Source of the DNA: Rhizophagus irregularis | Taxonomy: Eukaryota | Assembly (NCBI RefSeq): GCF_026210795.1 | Contig: NC_089430.1 | Coordinates: forward strand, 5,642,001-5,706,000 | Direction of reading: 5' to 3' | Length of the DNA: 64,000 nt | Shown: positions 53,760 to 64,000 of the stretch, one piece after another | Layout: the number at the start of each line of letters is the position of its first letter | Numbering within the stretch: the stretch's first letter is position 1 | Program-made: the position numbers and the translations under genes | Notes under the pieces: generated by a model | Databases searched by the model: none | What the model saw: the letters and a program-made list of their open reading frames with translations, nothing else | What the model was told of the DNA's origin: nothing

Positions 53760-55300
53760 CGTGAAATCACGTGACTTCAATTAACAATAATTCTCTTGTT
53801 GGTCGTGCCCTTCTTAATCTTCACGTTGCTTCTTCTTCCTATCCTTCTCACCATCTTCTTTCTTCCTTGTAATCTCAACAGCTAATGGTGAAGCTGGGTT
53901 TGGCCATTTCTCTCCAGTCTCTTTTTCATCTGTCCATCAGTACGGTGCTCCTCCTTTAGTTTATTTGTGAAATCATCATTGAGCTTCATATATTCCTGCA
54001 AAATCTTGTTTTACTCTGCGTGACTGATGATTCTATTACCCAAAAGAAGGAAATTATTTATTTGCATCGCCCAATCTTTAATTTATGTGATACATCTCCG
54101 ACGGAGAAACCGTTCTCTTTTTTCACGTCCATTACTGCTTGAAGGTGTATATATATGTTCCCATTCCATCATATTAGATGTCACCTCAAATATTTCTTCC
54201 AAAATGGTCAAACGTTCCCTTAATTCTTTTTCGGACTTATTTGCTTCTTTTTTTGAATTATAAATGATTCTATCCGTTTGATAATCTCTTATAATATCTA
54301 CAATTTCATCCGTTGCTACATTATCACGTTTTAGGGGTTTATTAGCTGTTTTTTCCATCAAATTAATTCCAAAATTTTCATCATCACTTTCTGATTCCTC
54401 TTCTTTCTTCTCTCTGATCTGCCAACCTTTAATCATATCTACAACTTCCTCTTCCTCCAAAATGGTCTTCTTGTTCTTGTTCTTGTTTCTCTTGATAAGA
54501 GGTAAAGAATTTTTGTTGTTTCTTGACGCCATATTTGCTAACTCCATATAAATTCAATTAGGAGGTGTTTGCAGTAAAGAAACATTTACCTCTGGGATAT
54601 AATTTTGTGGTAGTGGTGTTGATTTGCGTGAGGGTATTACCTTCTCGCTTTTTCCACTCTTGAAGACCATCTTGAAGTTACGCACCATCCATACCAATGC
54701 TAAATTATTCTTCTTCAATGAAAGTTCAACCGCTTTCTCCATCATATTGTGATTACTAAAATATCCTATCACTTTACAATTTTGTGTGATCTTGATAATT
54801 TTAATAAAAGCAGCAGTATATTCCTGTTGCAATTTCTTCAAAAAATCATATCCGTTGTCTTCTCCTTTTTTAAATTCCTCCATTTCATCTTTAGTTAGGT
54901 CTCTGATCAATTGCCATTTATCCTGGTCCTGTCTCATCTTTAAACCACTCCCTGCGTTGTACCATCTTATAAAATGTTTGCTAATACAAATTCCGAAAAT
55001 GCCTTTATTGAATGTTAACTCAAATTTTCGTTCAACAATATTTGTGCCCTTACTGATTTGTATTTGTATTGTTGTCTCACTTGTATCCTGAAAACTTTCC
55101 CTATTTTCGATAGGTTCATCCTGATATCCACCTCGGTCCAATATTTTGGCACATTATAAAAAAAATAAGTCACGTGCTTTTTCTTTATCTTTATCTCCAA
55201 GATCATCTGCTAGAATCGGAATATCCATTATCGGCTCCAATTTTTTCTTTTTTGGAGATCGTTTGCTTTTTTTAATTTTTTAGGCGTGCTCTCCTTCTTG
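53760..55300 (-). pseudogene. Second decayed copy of the RRM-like ORF family
   Basis: Frameshifted ORFs 55206-55015, 55141-54554 and 54547-54083: YFFYNVPKYWTEVDIRMNLSKIGKVFRIQVRQQYKYKSVRAQI..FIRWY..DKWQLIRDL..KVIGYFSNHNMMEKAV. The region ends at the motif AAGTCACGTGATTTCACGTAAAAAAT. Confidence 0.5.
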
Positions 55301-56079
55301 TTCTCAGTTTTGTCCATGTTCTTATTCGTTGCCTCCTTTTCTTTTCTTATCTGGGCGATGGTGTGATTTAGCTTGTTTACAATTCATTCCTGGCTTTTTA
55401 GTACATTTAAATTGATTAAAATCAGAAATACATAAAGATATCTTACTGACCAACCTTTAAAAAATGCAAATGTATCAATTTACTTATATTTAAAACAGTA
55501 AACTTAATTACTTCAATCTATATTTCCAAAATATTACTGATAGTATGATTGCTCCGAAATTGAGTAATAATAAAAAAATTAAATTCACCTTTGGTGAATT
55601 AATTTTAAGTTAACCTCTGATAAAAGTAAAATTAATTTATCCCTCTTCTATCTCCCAAAATGAATAAATTATTAAAGAAACTCAAATTAAAATCTCTGAA
55701 AACCAAAAATTACTTATTGCAAATTTTGAATATTTGCAAATTATCAATTTTTACATAGAATTTGTTTTTTTCTCTGATAGATGTTACACGAAAATCAATT
55801 TAACTGAGCCAATCAAATTCAAAGGGATACATTAGTGATCGTCATGTGATTACCTTTTGTTTGTAAAAAAGATCTTTTTTCTCTTTTTTTTTAAAAGCTA
55901 AGTTAATAAAAACTAGCACATACTATGTTAAACACTTTTACAGCAAAATTCGAAATATAGTGGACACTTGAAAATTTTTATTGTCAGGATTGTCAGGTAC
56001 TCGAGTTACTTGGCTAGTCGGGTTATTAAAAAAGATACATAACACGTGATATATATATATGTGATGGCTATATGATGTA

Positions 56080-56643
56080 CAGTCGCGTCGGAAAGTAACG
56101 CCCGATTCACAATTACATAGTAAATTACATATATAAATTTCTTTCCAAATGTAGAATGATGCATTGTCACAATAGGTTAGGTTTTTTTACCAGGTTGTTT
56201 ACTATTTTATTGTCAAATTTTCCTTGATCATTATCCTCAATTTAAATTTTATAAATTAAAACGGTTCTTGCATTTTGACTTTCCCAATGTTCAAATATCA
56301 TTTATTTAAAAGAATATGATATTGACTTTAAAATTATATAAAATTTAGAAATAATTGTTAAACGAAATATAAATATTTATGCATCTTGAAATTATTTATT
56401 TTTATATGTAAAATCTTTTTTTCGGATCTAAAACATATAAAAAAAACTTTTTTACATTATAATTAAAATAGCTCTTGCATTTTAACTTTCCCAAAGTTTA
56501 CAAAGTTTAAATATCACTTTTCTAAAAAAATATGATATTAGCATTAAAGTAATATAAAATTTAGAAATAATTACTAAAAGAAATATAAATAATATGTATA
56601 TAGCTTAAAATCTTCTATTTTTACTATGCGGACGTTACGACTG
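56080..56643. mobile_element. Degenerate Tc1/mariner-like MITE
   Basis: TA|CAGTCG..GTAACGCCCG at the left and CGGACGTTACGACTG|TA at the right. An internal diverged duplication with ~205-bp spacing lies at 56266-56360 versus 56473-56572. Confidence 0.5.
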
Positions 56644-56912
56644 TACTTATGTTCACAGGTATACTTTAATTGAATTTTTTTTTTTTGAGTAAAAGGAATA
56701 TCTTTATTATTCATATGATAGAGAACATACAAACAGACAAAAAATAAACCATTGCGTTCAGCACATACCATGTACCTCCCGCTTTACCTCACCTTCGTCC
56801 CAAATGATGAAATTGTAGCGCCATTACCTGCTACATAACGAACCCATAAACAATAAATAAAGAATAATAAAGAATAACAGACCATAGAACTAAAACCTTC
56901 CCTTCTATCCAT

Positions 56913-58418
56913 CCCTATAAAAAAATTGGATACGTTTTTTATAAAGTTTTTATATGATTTTTTTTCCTTAGAAATAACGTATCATAATAGGATACGGAAA
57001 AATGCACAATTCTGTATCACTAAAAATATGGATTTTATCACGAAATTTATACGATTTGGTCACTGAATTTACTATTTGTATTACAGTTTACTATAATTAT
57101 ATTTACATAAATCTAATTTTACTTTATTAAATTAAATAAAAAATAAAAAATAAACAAAATACAAATACATTATGAAAATTCCCTCTTTATTAAGGCCACC
57201 TATTGCAACCAAAATTATCTATAAGTTCAGGTTCATTTGGAGTCAAACAACCTAAAAAAAACAAAAAAGAACATCTAACTTAATTGGAAACAAAACCCCC
57301 TTCATATAGTATCTGCAATCGTCCAAGTCACCAAAAGTCAGAATTCCTACAAAAAAAGAAAGAGAACTCCAGAATGTCTGACCTACATAAATGAAAAGAA
57401 TTATGAAGCATCTGATGAAAAAGAAACCAAAACAACAAAATAAATCCAAAACTGACCTACAGTACAAAAAAAGAAGAATCTGAAGCAACAAAACTGAAAC
57501 AACCTACAAAAAGAAAAGAATCTGAACCCAACTTACAAAAAAAAAAAAAGAAAATTTGAACTTGACCTAAAAAAGAAAAAAAATCCTGAACAATCCTACA
57601 AAAAGGAAAGGACTCCCAAACTGATCAACAAAAAAACTGAATCTTCTCAAAAAAAAATCTGCTGGCCTATGAAATAAAAAAAAGGGATAAATATAAATAA
57701 AAAAGAAAGGGGAATAGTAAAGAATAAATCAAAAAAAAAATATTTTTTTAAAAAGAGGGTAACGAAGTTAGGAGAGTTAAAAAAAATTTTTTTTTTAAAG
57801 GGAGGACGTCAAAGTTAGAAAAATAAAAAATTTTTTATAAAGAGGAAATAGAAATAGAAAAAAGAAAATTTTTAGAAGAGTGGGAATAAAAGAATAAAAT
57901 CAAAAAAATTTTTTTTTTTAAGGGAGTGACGAAAAAAAATTTTTTTTTTAAAGGAGAGTGATGAAAAAGAAAAATTTTTAAAGTGAGGTACGAAAAAAAA
58001 AATTTTTTTTTAAAAAGGGGGTGACAAAAAAAGAAGAAAAATTTAGAAAAAAATAACAAAAATAAGACAAGAGAAAAGAGAAGAAAAGGAAAGACAGAAA
58101 GGAAGATCGGAAGATCAAACTCATCAAAGTAAGAGTTTATATAAAAAACAAAAAATGTATCATAACAAAACAATAAACAATCATGTGATCTCATGTTATG
58201 ATACGAGATTTTTGTAAAATTATTTTCTAAAAATATTAAGTTTAAAAATTCCGTATACATTCCGTATGATTGATTTTTTTTGTATACATTAGTTTTTTTA
58301 AAAAATGATCAAAAATGAATTGCTTATTAAATATATTGAATTTGTATATGGAATTTATAGAAACGTATATAAAATGTATACAAAACATATCCTTTCCGTA
58401 TACATATTTCTTATAGGG
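56913..58418. mobile_element. Non-autonomous CACTA/CMC-like element with CCCTA termini (1506 bp)
   Basis: TIRs CCCTATAAAAAAATTGGATACG versus CGTATACATATTTCTTATAGGG, a 3-bp direct repeat CAT on both sides (56910-56912 and 58419-58421), subterminal CCGTAT/ATACG repeats, and an A-rich non-coding interior. Confidence 0.7.
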
Positions 58419-59260
58419 CATACGACGCATTCCTATACTAAATTAAACGAAGAACTAACTAACACCAACTCAAACAGACCTATACTAAATACAGCCAACA
58501 CACATTAACCATCCTACAAAATTAAAAATTAGTCTACAAACTAGTTTAAACTTCCCCAAAAGAATCCCGCTAGGTGACAGATTACTCCTTATGTCACAGT
58601 ATTGATCTTCTCTAGTGGCTTTATACACTCTTTGGCGCAGATCCACCACCTTTAGTAACCGCCCTACTGAACGAAGATGCTGGCTGTATAGAGAAATCCT
58701 TCCAAAGATTTATCCAGATAGATCTTCTTCCCCATAGTTTGCATCCACTCACGGATTTCCAGGTTTATCGTCAACCTTTTAAAATATTACAGCTCGTCCG
58801 GTTTTCCAGCAGGCTCACCGCTAACCTATAATACAACTATTCTTACAAAGAAACCTTATATTTTAATCTCAAAAATTTTTTACGTGAAATCACGTGACTT
58901 GAGAAAAATTATCGATCTCATCCTCTACTTAATCTCCACATACGTAACTTGCTGCGGTGTTATATTTATGCCAGCAAATTTATTTCACAACAATCACCTT
59001 ATCGATACCCATTCTAACTGGTTCCTCAGAAATCCTCCTAATCCATTTTGAGATTCCAGCCGCTAAAAATTTTTTTTGAAAAATTCCCAAGAGACCCCAA
59101 AGTCCAAAGTGCTCTTATCATGTACTATCATATGTCATCTGAAAAGTACGTTTTCTTTGTTTTCTCGGCGTTTCTATTATAACATTCTATCAACACTTTA
59201 TGGAGCAAACACCTCGCCCTACTTGGCCCTTTTTTGGGTTGCTGACAGGAAGAAATAATA

Positions 59261-60542
59261 CAGTGTGTTGCAAAAAAAACCGGAATTTTATTCACATGAC
59301 ATAAATCGGACTTACGTACCCAATTTGTATCCGATTTGGAAAATCTAAAATGGAAAATCGACATGACGATCATGACCATAAATCCCGACCTAATTCGTAA
59401 ATAATATATTTATGTTTTTCCGAGCTACTGCGCTGCAAAATGACAGTTTCAAAGAAAGAAAGGCAGCGACAAACAATTTTACAATTGTGGAGTGAGGGTA
59501 TGCGTAAAGGGACTGAAATACACAAGATTACACGCATCCCACTCTCCACTATATATGATAATATTAAAAAGTTAAAAGAGGATAACATAGTAAACCGAAA
59601 AAAGGGAAGTGGTCACCCAAGGAAAATTACCGGCAAATTTTCCAGGTCCCTTGGACAAAGTATCCGAAGAGATACATCAGTTCCAACGAGGACTTTGGCC
59701 AAAAAATTGGGCCAAATGGGCCTTGAAGTATCCCACTCGACAGTTTCAAGGCACTTAACTGTCCATGGCTATAAAAAATCACTTCCAAGGGCGACCCCAA
59801 TGCTTACTGCTGTGCATAAGCAAAAACGTATCGAATGGGCGCAGCAGCACATTAATGATAATTGGAACACAACACTTTTTTCGGATGAAACGGCCTTCCA
59901 ACTCTTCCAGAACACTGTGAAGCGTTGGCATAAGAAAATTCAGCCAATACGCCCCATGCCAAAAGACAGAACAAAGATTTTTGCATGAGGCGGATTTTGC
60001 GTAATGGGCAAAACAAGTTTGTTTTGCTTCCGTCGAATAATGAATGCCGAATTTTATGTTGAGATCCTTGAAAATCATATTCCGGAGATTGATGCAATGC
60101 TCGGTGATGATTGGCGGCTCCAGCAAGACAATGACCCGAAGCATACTAGCCGTCTTGCTAAAGAATTCCTCCAAAACAATGTCCCGGAAGTCATGGATTG
60201 GCCCTCAAATAGTCCTGACTTAAATCCGATAGAAAATTTATGGGCTATTGTTAAGGGGAATGTGGAGCGCCGAATGCCAAAAAATCTCAATGAATTGGAG
60301 AGTTTTATGGCAGAGGAATGGTCGGCAATTCCGGATACCGTGATAAAGAATCTCGCCGGTTCAATGAAACGACGTTGCGAGCTAATTATCGAAAATAATG
60401 GAGAACGAATCTCCTATTAAATTATATTAATAGAAAGAGCTGGTTACTAGCTCTTAAATAAAAAAAAATTTACTATGTTTTTATATTCTCAATGTGAAGT
60501 TATGGCCGTTTACTTTATTCCAGTTTTTTTTGCAACACACTG
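59261..60542 (+). mobile_element. Full-length Tc1-family DNA transposon (1282 bp)
   Basis: 26-bp TIRs CAGTGTGTTGCAAAAAAAAC(C/T)GGAAT with one mismatch, and a TA target duplication on both sides. Confidence 0.97.
59440..60420 (+). pseudogene. Tc1 DD34E transposase with a single in-frame stop
   Basis: Bipartite HTH (GSGHPRK), FSDE, QQDNDPKH and WPSNSPDLNPIENLW, with 34 residues between the second D and E. TGA at 59986-59988 sits where the W of the xWG motif is expected, and both ORF halves share one frame. Confidence 0.93.
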
Positions 60543-60895
60543 TATTTGTGAGCAAGAAAATTGAAAACTACTAAGCAGGACCCAATAAACTTATATAAAG
60601 CAAAATGTTCGTAAAGGAGTAAGTAAACAGTTGGTGATGGTGAAATGCGTCTAAAAACAAATTTTCATATCTTCCACCTTTTTTTTGTTCTGAAGTTTTT
60701 GGACATGATAATTGGCGAAGAGAGTTCCCCTCTAGTATAATCAATCTACTTTTAATATAACACAATTACATTATATATTAGTATATACAATTATACTTTA
60801 TTATACTTTATACTATGCCATCACACAATATATATATGTCACGTGTTATCATATGGGCCGATTCATTTCATTAATTAATGATCAGGTGATATAAT

Positions 60896-63800
60896 TAGTG
60901 TTCCGAAAGGGTCGGGTCAGACCCGGGTTGTTTGACCCGACTCGTGTTTAAATTCCGAATCGGGTTTTTATTTATTTGACACGAGTCATAGATTTGATTC
61001 AACCCGTCGAGTCAGGGTCATACCTTTGCTTGACCCGGGTTGACCCGGGTTAACCCGGGTTTTAATAAGATGATTAGATGATCTTCGATATATATACTGT
61101 ATTTATGTTACGCGATCTACTACGCGATCTACTACGCGATCTAACTTCATTTGTATTATTTGTATTAAAAAAATGAGTGAAGCTGAAAAAACCTCTCTTG
61201 GGAAGCGAAATTATTTAAGAAGTGAACTTTTTACTAGAGAACTTTTTAAAGAAAACGACCTCCCATCACAGCATAAAAATGCAAAAACTCACCGGGAAGT
61301 TAAGTGTTTGAACTGTCCGTAAGTATTTTTTTAAAAAAGAATAAAATTTTTTTATACTGTATATAAGTATTTTATAAAGTTAAATAGTATAAATATGTGC
61401 TAACATTTTATCTTTCTTAACATTTTAGAAATAAAACATGGCTTCGCAAGATAGGAGACTCTAATACATCAAATCTTTGGCGTCATTTAGAGCGTAATCA
61501 TCCAGATAAAAATCCAAAAAAAGCAAAGAATTTGATAATAGAAAGCCAAAGTACATTAGATGAATTTGTAGGCCATACAACTTTTCCATCTAAAGTAAGT
61601 TAATATATAAGCAGTAAAATATATAAATTATTTTTATAATATTTACATCTTTCATTTTAAGTTTACACAAAAAGATTTTCGTTGGTTCATTTCCAAATGG
61701 GTAATTGATGATGATCAGCCGTTCACAACACTAGAAAATAAATACTTTCGACAGATGATAAAGGTGTTAAATTCAGATGCACTTGTTCTGTCAGCAGATA
61801 CAATAAAAAATGATATATTAGAAAGTTTCAATGTGGAACAAAAAAAAATGAAGGAATTATTTCAGGTAATTTTAAACATACGCGTAAATGATTTTTAATA
61901 AATCAAATTATTTAATTATTTAATTATTTAATAGGGTGTACCAGGAAGAATTTCATTTGCTTTAGATTCATGGACATCAATGAATGGCTATGCCTTTTTA
62001 GCTATTACAACACACTGGATTACAAAAGATTGGAGACTTCAGGATAAATTACTGGATTTTATAGATCTTTCCGGTCCTCATTCTGGCGAGAACCTCTGTA
62101 ATGCTTTTGTAAAAAGTTGTCATGAATTCGGAATTTTAGCAAAGGTAAATATATAATTTGTATAATATTTATATCATATGAACTTAGATCTCATAAAATC
62201 ATTGTAACTTTAATAGGTTTTTGCAGTTACAAGCGATAATGCATCGAATAATATCACTTTTATGAAACATTTAGAAGATGTTTGTCACAAAGAAAATATT
62301 TTTTTTAATGCTATCAATTCTCATTGTCGATGCCTTGCTCATATTATAAATTTAGTTGTACAAGAAATCTTAAAGCAATTAAAAGCTGGTGAAGCGCAAA
62401 CTGAGGATGACATCATGAATAATATGGATGCAACTATAAATGCTGGAGAAATAATTCCAAAAGTTAGTTGATTTATTGATTATTTTTAAATTTTTCAATT
62501 GTTATAATATTAATTTTATACTATAATTATAGCTTCGTAGACTTGTAGTAAAAATAAGACTTTCACCACAACGCCAAGAAAGATTTGTGCGCCACTCCGA
62601 AGCTGCTAATCTTAAGGATCTTAAACTCATTTTAGATGTGAAAACACGGTGGAATTCCACCTTTGACATGCTTAACCGTGCATTTGAAATGCGTGAGGTT
62701 AGAGTATTTATTAAATACAATTGCTTTTTTATTTATATTTAAAATAATAATATTATTTTTATATTTAGGCAATAGATGCAATGGTAAATTCAGATAGAGA
62801 TCTTAGAAGTTTTGAAATTACTGATGATGAATGGAATAAAATCAAAGAGATTATTTCTGTTTTAAAGGTAAGTAAATTGTAATATTTATTTAACCTTTAT
62901 GATTGATTAAAATTTTTTTTTTTATTTATATTAAAATAGATATTCGTACAGACTACTAAAATACTTTCATCTGCAAAATATCCTATGCTTTCTTCTGCTA
63001 TACCAATATATAATTATTTAATGGATGGACTTGAAACATATTGTGAAAATTTTGATAGCTCTGGTGATATGGTAATTGCTGTTAAAGCAGGATTAGAGAA
63101 ACTTGAGATTTATTATGAAAAAACTGATGATACTACTATGTATACAATTGCTACTGGTAAGTTAAATATAAAAAAATATAATTTTATTATAAATCTGACT
63201 AATATTTATCACATTAACAATTATATAGTGCTTGATCCACGGTTTAAGCTGGGCTATTATGAAGATAATAAGTGGAAGCAAAGTTTTATTCGTTACGCAA
63301 AAGAAACAGTTCTAAATGCTTACAATAATAATTATGCACCTGTTACAAATGTAGAGGTTAATGATAATAATGACGAAGATAATGAATTTTTAGATCATAT
63401 TTTTGGCAAAAAGCAAAATCTTCAGCAAAATGAAGTGGAATTATACCTAAAAACTCCTCGAGCAGATCGAAATCAAGATGTTCTACTTTGGTGGATGGTA
63501 ATTATTTAATAGTAACAATTAATATAAATTATTAGTTTAGTTTTACTAATTTAATTACTATAAACATACGTAGTTGAATGAAGTAGAGTATCCGCACCTA
63601 GCAATAATGGCAAGGGATTATCTCGCAATTACAGGTAAAGACATTTAACAATTTTTAGTATTACTAATTACTAGCTAATAAAATGATTTTAATTTAGCTA
63701 CAAGTGTTCCAGTAGAACGGATCTTTTCTGGTGGCACGGATTTAATTACGGCTAAAAGAAGTAATCTCAAAACTAATACAATCCGTGCATGTATGTGTTT

Positions 63801-64000
63801 GAAGTCTTGGTGGGCGTAAGATATGGAAAGAATGATTTAATAATGAGAATTAGAATTTTAGAATTTTATACTTTATCAATAAAAATATGAAATCTTTCTT
63901 GTAAAATTGTGCGATCTACATGTTACTATTATTGTCTTGCTGATCATAAACAAATTCGTTTTGAAGATCTGAAAAATTTATCTGACCCGGGTTATCCGGG
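60896..64000 (+). mobile_element. Autonomous-looking hAT transposon; the right end runs off the window
   Basis: Left end TAGTGTTCCGAAAGGGTCGGGTC with GACCCG/CGGGT subterminal repeats (60910-61060). The same repeats reappear at 63984-64000. Confidence 0.85.
61173..63819 (+). CDS. hAT transposase with BED zinc finger, 11 exons, apparently intact
   Basis: Hand-spliced without stops: KCLNC..TSNLWRHLERNH (BED), QPFTTLE, ALDSWTS (D), TSDNASNN (D), CLAHIINL (CxxH), DVKTRWNST, VLDPRFK, YPHLAIMARDYLAI, ATSVPVERIFS (E), CLKSWWA*. Confidence 0.92.

Noticed and set aside
58560..58830. Relatively GC-rich tract that might be a structured RNA or ribozyme
   Set aside because: I found no hammerhead, HDV, tRNA or rRNA core by eye; an Infernal/Rfam search would be needed.

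Overview
AT-rich eukaryotic DNA with short (about 70-130 nt) introns. The gene families (TKL-type kinases, kinase-SEL1, Crinkler-like NTPase, AIG1 GTPase) point to an arbuscular mycorrhizal fungus (Glomeromycotina, Rhizophagus-like); this assignment is an inference. Gene models I could splice by hand: (1) a 7-exon, 578-aa AIG1/GIMAP GTPase + coiled coil + Hedgehog-type Hint/Hog protein (GIN1-like, 17368-19579), preceded 32 nt upstream by a small 4-exon membrane-protein ORF; (2) a 14-exon, ~1783-aa kinase whose N-terminus is nine tandem, G-loop-less copies of its own N-lobe (25992-32334); (3) a stand-alone kinase with an atypical G-loop (minus, 37312-38546); (4) a kinase with ~43 SEL1 repeats (minus, 43635-50066); (5) an apparently intact 11-exon hAT transposase (61173-63819). 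Also present are a Crinkler-like NTPase-nuclease pseudogene, a full-length Tc1 element with one nonsense codon, several MITEs with TSDs (one nested inside another), two Helitron-like 3' ends, a 1.5-kb CCCTA-terminated element, two decayed copies of an RRM-like ORF, and a ~10-kb CpG-depleted fossil region. I recognised no rRNA, tRNA or CRISPR array.
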